Origin: an uncultured delta proteobacterium
GTDB taxonomy: Bacteria > Myxococcota_A > Polyangia > Polyangiales > Polyangiaceae
NCBI GenBank assembly: GCA_963827955.1
Contig: CAWHDJ010000018.1
Coordinates: 1,309,297 to 1,373,296, forward strand
Length of the DNA stretch: 64,000 bases
Reading direction: 5' to 3'
In this document: positions 18,151 to 26,773 of the stretch, in pieces
Layout: every line of letters begins with the position of its first letter
Position numbering within the stretch: position 1 is the stretch's first letter
Program-made: the position numbers and the translations under genes
The notes under the pieces: model-generated
Told to the model about the DNA's origin: nothing
Database searches by the model: none
The model's input: only the letters and a program-made list of their open reading frames with translations

Positions 18151-18918
18151 TCAGGTCCGCGCCTGGTAGGCGCCCACACGGTACGCGACGGTCAACCGCA
18201 GCCCCGCGCGCTGCGTCGTCGAGGGCGCGGCGCCGAGGCTCTCTGAGAGCGCGCCTCCGCCCAATCTGGCCTTGGACGGGGGCGCCGCCATCACCGGCGC
18301 GAGCGGCACCGTGTAGCTCGTCTGCGGGAGGGTGTGCTCCTCGTGGACCGCGTGTACGCCGACGATGCGCACCCCGAGCGCCTCGGCGAGGCGCGTGGCC
18401 CGTGCGCTGGCGCGCGCGGCGCAGAGCTCGGCCCAGTCTCCGGCGGAGGTCGCCGGGACGTCGTACCGCCAGCCGATGGGTCCGAGCTCGGCGCCGGACG
18501 AGAGCGCCTCGTCGATCGCCACGCCTGCGCGCGCCGTGTCCGCGCAGCGCACCTTCAGCGTCGCCGTGACGCTCCCCAGCTTTGCGGCGCGGAGGACGAG
18601 GTAGAGGAGGACGAAGGCGCCGGCCGCGGCGAGCGCGGGCAGGATCGCCTCCGTCCGGATCCATGTCGGGATGGGCGCGACGAAGGCGAAGGGGATCGCG
18701 ATCCACGCCCACGGGGTGTGGTCGATGTCCTCGAGCATGACCTCGCCCTCGGCGAAGCCGCGCGCGACGAGGCGGGCGCGCAGGGCGGCGACCCGCTGGG
18801 ACGAGCGCGCGCCGAGGCTGCGCTCCGAGACCTTGATCCGCACGTCGGCGCCGGTGCTGCGGAGGTCGTCGTAGAAGTGCTCGGTGACGGTGAGGGTGTC
18901 GGGGGCGGCGTCGGACAT
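18151..18918 (-). CDS. hypothetical membrane protein (2 TM)
   Basis: ATG at 18918 (MSDAAPDTLTV) is preceded by a perfect SD: cGAAGGAGccctccgccATG. Hydrophobic core WAWIAIPFAFVAPIPTWIRTEAILPALAAAGAFVLLYLVL. Confidence 0.5.
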   Translation of the reverse strand: MSDAAPDTLTVTEHFYDDLRSTGADVRIKVSERSLGARSSQRVAALRARLVARGFAEGEVMLEDIDHTPWAWIAIPFAFVAPIPTWIRTEAILPALAAAGAFVLLYLVLRAAKLGSVTATLKVRCADTARAGVAIDEALSSGAELGPIGWRYDVPATSAGDWAELCAARASARATRLAEALGVRIVGVHAVHEEHTLPQTSYTVPLAPVMAAPPSKARLGGGALSESLGAAPSTTQRAGLRLTVAYRVGAYQART

Positions 18919-19080
18919 GGCGGAGGGCTCCTTCGCCCGGTCCAACGGAGGGGGAGGGGGGGTCGTGACAGAGAAAAGCGCTGGAGCATTGGGGGGTTGG
19001 AGAGGCCCGTTGCCTGACGGAATTTCAACAGTTGACGCCCAACTGTGGCCCAACACACAGTCGGGCGTGGACAGCTCCAA

Positions 19081-19173
19081 AGGGCAGGAAGCACCGAAGC
19101 AAGAAGTACCGAAGGAGGAACCACCGAAGGAGGAACCACCGAAGGAGGAACCACCGAAGGAGGAACCACCGAA
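19081..19173. repeat. 15-bp tandem repeat x4 perfect (+2 degenerate) of GAAGGAGGAACCACC
   Basis: gaaggaggaaccacc x4 at 19111-19170, preceded by degenerate copies. Each unit is an SD consensus on the + strand and an anti-SD mimic (CCTCCTTC) on the - strand. The repeat lies in the divergent intergenic region between the genes starting at 18918 (-) and 19299/19344 (+). Confidence 0.85.
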
Positions 19174-19343
19174 ACGCCGCTTGGATTCGGCGTGGATACC
19201 GGCGGTGCTTGGTGTTGCTGCCGCGGCCATTGTTATGCGAGCAGGCGCCACGTTCGAGCCGCCCGACAAGTACATGTTCCTAGTGGGCGCGCTTCTCCTT
19301 GGGGTCTCGGTGCGTCTGGCCATGGCCCGGCGGGACGCTTGAC

Positions 19344-20087
19344 ATGGGCAAGGATTGGATCTCGGCGAGCGGCTGGCTCAGGCTCCAGGGCATCATCGCG
19401 TTGTTCGCGGGGGTCCGGATCCTGTTCTCGAAGCACCGGGATACATGGCACTGGTGGGTCATAAGCGCAGTGCTCGTGGTGCTCGGCATCGTGGCGGTGG
19501 GGGGGACGCGGCCCGCGAGCGGGGACGAGAAACCCGTGGGCGGGGATGAGAAAGAGGATCAGCCCGGTGGGGAGGAGCAGCAGGAGAACGCAAGCGAACA
19601 GAAGGCCATCGCGGCCGCGTACGCCAGGTTCCGCGATGAACTCGCCCACGAGAGCGTTCTGATCAACCAACGGATGACCTGGCTGCTCACCTCCCAAGGT
19701 GCGCTGCTTAGCGGCAATGCGCTGCTGCTCTACGTCAAGGCCACCGCAACGACGGCGGCCGACACGGCAACGACGGCTGCCGACACGGCGACGCACGGCG
19801 TCCATGCGGCTGCCCAGGGCACCGATCCGTTCTCAGCCGCGCTCAATACGTTCACAGCGACGCTCCCGATTGTCGGGATCGGAACCGCCGCGCTCATCCT
19901 CTTGGGCGTCCTCGGCGCCCTTTGGGCGCAGCACAACTTCCACCGGGGCATCGACGAACTCGCCGGCTGCGACAAGGCGCACTTCCCGCAGCGGGATCGC
20001 CTCGTCGACGGACCGATGTTCCTTGGGGACCTGACGGCGGTGCTCACGCCGGTGGTCTTCATCGCCATCTGGCTGGCGCTGAGCTGA
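19344..20087 (+). CDS. membrane protein of unknown function (paralogue A; contains TATTAAD x3 repeat)
   Basis: ORF 19299..20087; the preferred start is MGKDWIS (19344). Two N-terminal TM helices, a conserved block ARFRDELAHESVLINQRMTWLLTSQG, and C-terminal TM helices with AHFP. Confidence 0.5.
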   Translation: MGKDWISASGWLRLQGIIALFAGVRILFSKHRDTWHWWVISAVLVVLGIVAVGGTRPASGDEKPVGGDEKEDQPGGEEQQENASEQKAIAAAYARFRDELAHESVLINQRMTWLLTSQGALLSGNALLLYVKATATTAADTATTAADTATHGVHAAAQGTDPFSAALNTFTATLPIVGIGTAALILLGVLGALWAQHNFHRGIDELAGCDKAHFPQRDRLVDGPMFLGDLTAVLTPVVFIAIWLALS

Positions 20088-20096
20088 GGGGCTTCC

Positions 20097-20999
20097 GTGT
20101 CACCCTACAGGATCCAACTCGCTCTCGCGATCCTCGAGATCGGGGCCGGAGCCGCGTTCTTGGGGCGGCCCGGCGCCGGAGCCGCACAAATGACGGTCGG
20201 AGCCGTCGTGCTGGGAATCGGGTTTGGAACATTTCCTGCTCGCGCGCGTGGGGGAGGATCCGCCCCGAGCGGCGGCTCACCTCAAACGCTTTCTGCAACG
20301 GCAACATCCGGAAGCCGGCCGGCGCTCGAAGGGTCCGCGCCTGCTGTAGGAACGGCGGCCGCGACGACCACTGTGCTCGACGACAAAGCCCGCTGGGAGA
20401 TTGCGCGCGGCATCATTCAGCACGAGGACACGCTCACGAACCATCGCCTCACCTGGTTGGTCACCATCGAGGGGTTTGTGTTCGCCGCGGTCGGCTTCTG
20501 CCTGAAGGCGCTGATCGAATCGGAGAGAAGCGCGAGCAAGCCCGCGCTCTGGTTAATCGTCCTGGTCCTTGCTGTGCTCGGGGCCGTCTTCCCGGCGCTC
20601 ATGCACATCCCGATCGAGCGCGCGGCACGGCAAGTGTTCGAAGTGAAGGACTGGTGGGACGAGAAGCGTGCCAACTTCCCCGCGATCGTCGGCAGCCGGG
20701 ACGGTGCGGGCCTCTTCTTCGGGGTGAAGGACTGGTCGCTCCAGACCCTGACACTGCCCCGGCTCTTCGTCGCCCTCTGGACGATCTTCGGCATTGTCGC
20801 CGCGGCCGAACTGGTAGTCAGCCTCAAGGCCGCGAGAGTCGGTGGCCGGGTGGACTCCGCCGTCACTGTGCCTGCTGGATCCACGGATGCTGGAGTCGAT
20901 GCCGTCACGCCGCTGTCTGAAGCAAGGGCCCACCCCACGGCGAGTAGCGATCGACGCGGTGTTCCATCCGGGCTCCCGCCCCCTACTCCTTCGCCTTGA
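20097..20999 (+). CDS. membrane protein of unknown function (paralogue B of 19344..20087)
   Basis: Same architecture and shared blocks as paralogue A: KARWEIARGIIQHEDTLTNHRLTWLVTIEG, and ANFP preceding C-terminal TM helices. Tandem with paralogue A, 9 bp apart. Confidence 0.5.
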   Translation: MSPYRIQLALAILEIGAGAAFLGRPGAGAAQMTVGAVVLGIGFGTFPARARGGGSAPSGGSPQTLSATATSGSRPALEGSAPAVGTAAATTTVLDDKARWEIARGIIQHEDTLTNHRLTWLVTIEGFVFAAVGFCLKALIESERSASKPALWLIVLVLAVLGAVFPALMHIPIERAARQVFEVKDWWDEKRANFPAIVGSRDGAGLFFGVKDWSLQTLTLPRLFVALWTIFGIVAAAELVVSLKAARVGGRVDSAVTVPAGSTDAGVDAVTPLSEARAHPTASSDRRGVPSGLPPPTPSP

Positions 21000-21978
21000 A
21001 CACCCGGTAGAGAACGTGGAGCGACGGGAAGAGCACCACCGACCCGACGCCCAGCGCCACGAGCACCAGGTGCTGCGTGCGCGGGTTGGAGGCGGCGTCC
21101 GCCAGCGTGAGGTCCGGCACCAGCAGGTAGGGGTACTGCGAGGCGGCCCACCCGACGACGATCAGCCCGACCTGCGCCGCCGCCGCGAAGCGCGCGATGG
21201 CGAACCTCCGGCGGTAGAGGGTCCAGAACGCGGTGAGGGCGGCCGTGGCGGTGGCGGCGTGGAAGGGCCATGTCCAGGGGTGCCCGGTGAGGCCGGCGCG
21301 GATGACGGGGGCGCCCTCGAAGGAGGCCGCGAAGGTGATGATGGCGAGGAGGCCGACGACGCCGCCGGCGCCGAGGGCACGGACGCGGAAGTCCTCGGCC
21401 AGGTCGGGCGAGGGGGCCTCCCAGGCGAGGTAGGTGGCGGCGAGGAAGGCGAAGAGGGCGAGGGCGAAGACGCCGACGAGGATCGGGAAGGGGGCGAGCC
21501 AGGGGGCGAAGAAGCCGCTCGTCACGACGCCGTTCGAGACACGGACACGGCCCGAGGCGATGGCGCCGACGAGGGTTCCGAGGACGATCGGCGTGGCCAC
21601 GCTCGCCAGCGAGAAGACGAGGCCCCAGCGGCGCTGGGCGCGGTCGCCGCGGAGGTCGTACGCGCGGAAGGTGAACGCCGACCCGCGGAAGACGACGCCG
21701 AGCAGGAAGAGCAGGAGAGGGACGTGGAGCGCGACCGAGATCGCGGCGAACGCGGGAGGGAACGCGGCGAAGAGGAGGACCACGACGAGGATGAGCCAGA
21801 CGTGGTTCGCCTCCCAGATCGGGCCGATGGCCTTCTCGATCAGCGCGCGCTGCTCGGCGCGCCGCGGACCGCGGGCGAGCAGGTCCCAGACCCCGCCGCC
21901 GAAGTCGGCGCCGGCGAGCACGGAGTAGAGGACGAGCGCGGCGAGCATCACGCCGCCGAGGAGGATCTCAGTGGGCAT
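20983..21978 (-). CDS. cydB: cytochrome bd ubiquinol oxidase subunit II
   Basis: Intact 331-aa polytopic ORF with typical CydB sequence (WDLL...GPIWEANHVWLI). It overlaps the cydA end by 11 nt. Confidence 0.85.
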   Translation of the reverse strand: MPTEILLGGVMLAALVLYSVLAGADFGGGVWDLLARGPRRAEQRALIEKAIGPIWEANHVWLILVVVLLFAAFPPAFAAISVALHVPLLLFLLGVVFRGSAFTFRAYDLRGDRAQRRWGLVFSLASVATPIVLGTLVGAIASGRVRVSNGVVTSGFFAPWLAPFPILVGVFALALFAFLAATYLAWEAPSPDLAEDFRVRALGAGGVVGLLAIITFAASFEGAPVIRAGLTGHPWTWPFHAATATAALTAFWTLYRRRFAIARFAAAAQVGLIVVGWAASQYPYLLVPDLTLADAASNPRTQHLVLVALGVGSVVLFPSLHVLYRVFKAKE

Positions 21979-23284
21979 CGCCCGCCCCTCCTTCCGGTGC
22001 GGCGCGGAGCTGGCGGTAGAGAAGGAAGACGACCGAGACGCCGAGGAAGAGGTAGACGAGGGTGAACGTCCAGAAGGGCGCGGTGAGGTGCGGGAACGGG
22101 GTCACCGCGTCGCGCGTGCGCAGGGCGCCGTGGACGATCCAGGGCTGGCGGCCGAGCTCGGTGACGCACCAGCCGGCCTCGAGCGCGACGAGGCCGAGCG
22201 GGCCCGACGCCACGACGGCGCGCAGGAACCAGCGCTGGTCCGGGAGCCCGCGCTTGCGCCACGCGAGCAGGGCAGCGACGGCGGCGAGCAGCGCCATGGC
22301 CGACCCGGCGCCGACCATCACGTCGAACGCGAGGTGCACCTTGCCGACGGGGGGCCAGTCCTCGCGAGGGAAGGCGTCGAGGCCCTTCACCTCGCCGTCG
22401 AGGCTGCGCGTCGCGAGCAGGGAGAGCGCGTCCGGGATGCGGATCGCGCCATGGACCTCGCCGCGGTCCTCGTCGGGGACGCCGCCGATCAGGATGGGCG
22501 CCCCCCGCTGCGTGTGGAAGTCCGCCTCCGCGGCGGCGAGCTTGGCCGGCTGCATCGTGGCGAGGCTCTCGGCCGAGTCGTGCCCCGAGAGGGGCTGGAG
22601 CAGGGCCGTGACGCACGCGACGGCGAGGGAGATGGCGAGCGCCTTGCGGAAGAGGGCCGACGCGGGCCGGCGGAGGAGCACGGCCGCGTGGATGCCGGCG
22701 AGGGCGAAGGCCGTCGCCTGGAAGCAGGCGAGCAGGGCGTGGAGCGTCTGGTGCGGCCACGGCGGGCTCCACATCGCCGCCACCGGGTCGATGTTCGTCG
22801 GGCGGCCGTCCACCATCGTGAAGCCGGCGGGCACGTTCATGCACGCGTTCACGAGCGTGACGAAGAAGGCGCTGAGCGCGCCGGAGAGCGCGACCATCAC
22901 GCCGGCGGCGAGGTGCAGCCTGGGCGGCATGCGGTCGCGCCCGTAGAGGTAGATGCCCAGGAAGATGGCCTCCGTGAAGAAGGCGAAGCCCTCGAGCGCG
23001 AAGGGCAGGCCCACGATCTCGCCGAACGTGCCCATGAAGCGCGGCCAGAGCAGGCCGAGCTCGAACGAGAGCGCCGTGCCCGAGACGGCGCCGACCGCGA
23101 AGAGGATGCTGGTCCCCTTGGCCATCCGCCGGGCGATGTCGCGATAGTCCGGGTCGTTCGTGCGCAGGTGCAGCGCGTCGGCGATCACCATGAACAGCGG
23201 CAGCGCGACGCCGGCAGCCGCGAAAGCCATGTGGAACGCCAGGGAGATCCCCATCTGGGCTCGGGCGTAGGTCAGGTGGTCCAT
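21968..23284 (-). CDS. cydA: cytochrome bd ubiquinol oxidase subunit I
   Basis: Intact 438-aa ORF; Q-loop and haem-ligand regions (GISLAFHMAF..., GWCVTELGRQPW). Confidence 0.9.
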   Translation of the reverse strand: MDHLTYARAQMGISLAFHMAFAAAGVALPLFMVIADALHLRTNDPDYRDIARRMAKGTSILFAVGAVSGTALSFELGLLWPRFMGTFGEIVGLPFALEGFAFFTEAIFLGIYLYGRDRMPPRLHLAAGVMVALSGALSAFFVTLVNACMNVPAGFTMVDGRPTNIDPVAAMWSPPWPHQTLHALLACFQATAFALAGIHAAVLLRRPASALFRKALAISLAVACVTALLQPLSGHDSAESLATMQPAKLAAAEADFHTQRGAPILIGGVPDEDRGEVHGAIRIPDALSLLATRSLDGEVKGLDAFPREDWPPVGKVHLAFDVMVGAGSAMALLAAVAALLAWRKRGLPDQRWFLRAVVASGPLGLVALEAGWCVTELGRQPWIVHGALRTRDAVTPFPHLTAPFWTFTLVYLFLGVSVVFLLYRQLRAAPEGGAGDAH

Positions 23285-23394
23285 CTTCGAGCCCGATGGT
23301 AGGGTCAGGATGGTATTAGGGAAGCGCGGACTTTGTCCTACGACGGATCGTCGTGGGCGCGAGGGCCGGACGAGACGAGGTCAAAGGGGGCGAC

Positions 23395-24042
23395 ATGGAC
23401 GGTACAGTGGTTCTCGACAGCGTTCGACGAGCACGCTCGGCGCCTGGTGACGCCGAGGGCCCGGTGGGCGTGAGCCCCCGCTGTGGGAGCTGCGGCCTCC
23501 GGCCCCCAGCCTGCCTTTGCAGCGCGATCGTCGCGCGCCCGGTGCGTACGCGCGTCGTGCTGCTCACGCACTGCGTGGAGCGCCGCAAGAGCACCAACAC
23601 CGGCCGCCTCGTGACGCTCGCGGTCCAGGGCGCGGAGGTCCGCCTGCGCGGCGATCGCGAGGCGCCCCCGCGCACGCCGCTCCCGCAGGGCCGGCGCCTC
23701 TTGCTCTTTCCGCACCGGGAGGCGCGCGTCCTTTCGCCCGAGGATGGGCGCGGCGATCCGGTGGTCCTCCTCGTCCCCGACGGGAACTGGAACCAGGCGC
23801 GCCGCATGTGGAGGCGCGATCCCGACGCGCGGGGCGCCGAGCTCGTCACCCTGCCGGCCGGCGTCCCGAGCCGCTACGCGCTCCGGCACTCGCCGAGGGA
23901 GGGCGCCCTGTCCACGCTGGAGGCAGTCGCCCGCGCGCTCGGGCTCCTGGACGGGCCGGAGATCGAGCACGCGCTCCTGGCGATCCACGACGCGTTCGTC
24001 CAGCGCACGCGGCTCGCGGCCGGCCGGCCGCGCGGCGTGTAG
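23395..24042 (+). CDS. DTW-domain protein (tRNA-uridine aminocarboxypropyltransferase family)
   Basis: CxxC...C N-terminal cluster (CGSCGLRPPACLCS) and the DTW-like motif VLLVPDGNWNQA. Confidence 0.65.
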   Translation: MDGTVVLDSVRRARSAPGDAEGPVGVSPRCGSCGLRPPACLCSAIVARPVRTRVVLLTHCVERRKSTNTGRLVTLAVQGAEVRLRGDREAPPRTPLPQGRRLLLFPHREARVLSPEDGRGDPVVLLVPDGNWNQARRMWRRDPDARGAELVTLPAGVPSRYALRHSPREGALSTLEAVARALGLLDGPEIEHALLAIHDAFVQRTRLAAGRPRGV

Positions 24043-24059
24043 GGCGATCCACGCGCCCG

Positions 24060-25904
24060 CTATGGCCCCCTCCGGAGCTTCGTCCGGAGCCCTGCCATCG
24101 CCTCCTGCAGCGCCTTGTTGTTCCTCCTGAAGCAGGCCACCCCCTGCGTTTGCAGGACCACGAGCGTCCGGCTGTCGCCCTCCGCGACCGCGCGGTCGAG
24201 GAGGCCGAGCTTGTCGATGCACGGCGCCTCGCGCAGGACGAAGGCGATGCGCAGCTCCGGCGTCGCGCGCGCGATGACCTCGGGCTTGCGCAGCACCTCC
24301 GCGGCGCGGAGCGCGGCGGCGACCTTGCCACGCGTCGCCACGAGGTCGTAGAGCAAGTCGAGCCCTTCGGTGCCGAGGCGGTCGGTGAGCGCCTCGAAGA
24401 GGCGGTCACCGCGACGGTCGCGCTCCAGGGCGACGGCGAGGTCGCGCGTGGCGAGGGAGATGTCGGGGGCGCGGAGGGCGCCGGGGTCGTGCGCGGCGAG
24501 GTCGAGGAAGGCGGTCTCGCCGCCCGCCCAGTCGTGGACGCGGAGGGCGCGCAGGAGCAAGGCGCGCGTGTCCCCGAAGGACTCGGGGGCGACGGGGGCG
24601 TCCGTCGCCGCGGCCGCGACGGGGGAGGCCGTGGGGGCGGGCGGCGGGGGCGCCGCGTGGGTGGAGGGCTCGGCGGTGGGGATCGCGGGGGGTGGGGTGG
24701 GCGTGGGCGCCGGCGCGGCCAGGTGCGCGGACGCGGCGGAGCGCCGGGCAGGGGAGGGGTCGTGGAGGACGAGCGCCGCGCCGATGCCGACAGCGATGGA
24801 TACCGCGGCGACCAGCATCGGGAGGTGGTGGCGCGCACGCTCCACGAGCCACGCGGCGGGGCCGAGCGCGGCGTGCGCCGCGACCTCGCCGGGCTTGCCG
24901 ATGGCCGCGTCGAGGGCCTCCACGACGGCGGCGCCCGTCGGGTAGCGGTGAGCCGGGTCCTTCTCGAGCAGCTTCATCACCACGGCCTCGAGCGCCGGCG
25001 GGACGACGATCCCGGGCACGCGCTCCGCGAACGGCGGCGGCGGGGTGAAGCGGTGGGCCGTGAAGATGGCGGCGTCGGTCTCGGCGTCCCAGGGGTAGCG
25101 GCCCGCGAGCATCTGGTAGAGCACGAGGCCCAGCGCGTAGAGGTCGGCCCGCGCGTCCACGTGGTCCATCCCGAGCGCCGCCTCGGGCGCGAGGTACGCC
25201 ACCGTGCCCACAATCGTGCCCACCTCGGTGAGGCGGCCCCTGTCGTCGAGCACCGAGTCGAGGCGGGGGCGCCGCGGGGCCTTGAGGGCGGCGGCGGCGA
25301 TCTCGGGGAGCGTGGCGGCGGGCGGGCGCACCGACTGATGGGCGAGGACGCGATCGACCGGGACCTTGGCCAGGCCGAAGTCGATGAGCTTGGCGAGGTC
25401 GCCCTTGCCCTCGACCAGCATGACGTTCCGCGGCTTGAGATCGCGGTGGACGATGCCCATCGCGTGCGCCGCCTGGAGGGCCGCCGCGATCTGCCGCGCG
25501 ATGTGCGCCGCCCGCGCGGGCGGGAGCGGGCCCTCCTTCATCACCTCGTGGAGCGTCTTGCCGGAGACGTACTCCAGCACGAGGAAGTGCGAGCCGTCCT
25601 CGAGCTGACCGAAGTCGGTGGCCGGCGCCACGTTGGGGTGGACGACGTGCGCGCCGGCGATGGCCTCGCGCTCGAAGCGGGCGAGCATCTCCGGCAGGTT
25701 GTCGGTCTCCGGGAGCAGGACCTTGATGGCGACGCGCTTCCTCAGGTGCCGGTGGTGGCCCCGGTACACCGCCCCCATGCCGCCGAGGGCGAGCAGCTCG
25801 TCGATGCGGTACCGCTGCGAGACGACCTTGCCGACCAGCTCGGCCGCGCGCGCCTCCGCTGCGCGGCTTGGCTTTTCGGGCTCCGAGGGGCTCGGTTCGT
25901 CCAC
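24060..25904 (-). CDS. Ser/Thr protein kinase with TM segment and C-terminal extracytoplasmic domain
   Basis: GGMGAVYRG, VAIKVL, HRDLKPRNVML, DFGLAK and GTVAYLAPE motifs. A TM helix (VAAVSIAVGIGAALVL) precedes a Pro/Ala-rich linker and a ~250-aa domain. Confidence 0.85.
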   Translation of the reverse strand: MDEPSPSEPEKPSRAAEARAAELVGKVVSQRYRIDELLALGGMGAVYRGHHRHLRKRVAIKVLLPETDNLPEMLARFEREAIAGAHVVHPNVAPATDFGQLEDGSHFLVLEYVSGKTLHEVMKEGPLPPARAAHIARQIAAALQAAHAMGIVHRDLKPRNVMLVEGKGDLAKLIDFGLAKVPVDRVLAHQSVRPPAATLPEIAAAALKAPRRPRLDSVLDDRGRLTEVGTIVGTVAYLAPEAALGMDHVDARADLYALGLVLYQMLAGRYPWDAETDAAIFTAHRFTPPPPFAERVPGIVVPPALEAVVMKLLEKDPAHRYPTGAAVVEALDAAIGKPGEVAAHAALGPAAWLVERARHHLPMLVAAVSIAVGIGAALVLHDPSPARRSAASAHLAAPAPTPTPPPAIPTAEPSTHAAPPPPAPTASPVAAAATDAPVAPESFGDTRALLLRALRVHDWAGGETAFLDLAAHDPGALRAPDISLATRDLAVALERDRRGDRLFEALTDRLGTEGLDLLYDLVATRGKVAAALRAAEVLRKPEVIARATPELRIAFVLREAPCIDKLGLLDRAVAEGDSRTLVVLQTQGVACFRRNNKALQEAMAGLRTKLRRGP

Positions 25905-26020
25905 GGTCGTGCCTTCACGATAGCCGCCGCCGTGGGTCCTTGGCGAGCCGCGGGCTCGGGAGGCCCACCGTGGCGGTACTCGCCCGCCGCCTTCGCCGCC
26001 AGAACTGCTAGAAACGAGCC

Positions 26021-26336
26021 ATGACCAAGCGCAAGCGCACCCTCGCGCGCGCCGAGGACCGCGCCCGCGTCAGAGATCGCCAGGGACCTCGAAAAGCTCG
26101 CGCTCCTCGGGCCCGGGGGCGGTCCCGAGCGTGCAATCCCCATCACCTCGCCGGCCGAGGTCGAGGTCCTCGCCCGCGCCACGCCCTGCCCCGTCTGCCA
26201 GGGCGAGGTGCGGTTCGAGGAGCACACGGCCGAGACGCACGGGGGCGTGCGGGTGCGCGTGGCCCGGGTGGCCTGCAAGGTGTGCAGGCGGCCCTGGGCG
26301 ATCTACTTCCGGCTGAGCGGGGACGCGCTCAACTAG
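26021..26336 (+). CDS. small zinc-ribbon protein (apparent frameshift near 26070)
   Basis: ATG at 26021 (MTKRKRTLARAEDRARV). The remaining ~85 aa are in the +1 frame: EIARDLEKLALLG...TPCPVCQGEVRFEEH...VACKVCRRPWAIYFRLSGDALN*, with two CxxC pairs. That frame has no start codon after its upstream stop. Confidence 0.45.
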
Positions 26337-26337
26337 A

Positions 26338-26535
26338 GCGGCGTGCGTTTGCATTGGGTACGCACCTACCGAACCGCGAGCGCGAGCGAGCGGGTGCCAG
26401 AAGGCGCGACGCTTTCGTGCCCTCGCATGCGTAGCGCTACAGGCAGCGCGACGCGGGCAAGGGCGTGGCGCGTAGGCGCCCTCTGGCACCCGCTCCCTGG
26501 CGGTCGCGGTTCGGTATGTACTCATCCCGAACGCA
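26338..26535. repeat. ~200-bp imperfect palindrome (large stem-loop)
   Basis: Outer arms ggcgtgcgtt..taccgaaccgcgagcg / cggtcgcggttcggta..aacgcacgcc. Inner arms gtgccagaaggcgc / gcgccctctggcac. Confidence 0.6.
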
Positions 26536-26542
26536 CGCCGCT

Positions 26543-26760
26543 CTAAATCAACGAGCGCGATCCTCGTTCAAGGAGCCGCTGAGCAACGTATGGAACCCCG
26601 GGCGTGAGCCCGCGGACCGGAGCCGCATGCGTCAGCACGCGGAGGCCGCGGTACAGCCCCCTGACGTCATGGTCCCCGCGCTCACGCGCGAGGCTCCGGT
26701 CCGCGGGCTCACGCCCGTGGGTTCCATCGTGGTGTCGGATCGCGCTCGGCCATTTCAGGG
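26543..26760. repeat. REP/MITE-like palindromic element pair (family shared with 32800..32961)
   Basis: Copy 26543-26620 (ctaaatcaacgagcgcgatcc...tatggaaccccgggcgtgagcccgcgg) and an inverted partial copy 26695-26760 (ccgcgggctcacgccc..ggttccatcg..gatcgcgctcggccatttcagg). Near-identical in sequence to the hairpin element at 32.8 kb. Confidence 0.7.
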
Positions 26761-26773
26761 GCCGGGCCCTCGC

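Noticed and set aside
23285-23394. Looked for prophage, IS, integrase or transposase signatures near the accessory islands (26-44 kb)
   Set aside because: No recognisable transposase, integrase, or tRNA/attachment-site features were found. Only REP/MITE-like repeats were seen, so no mobile element call is made.
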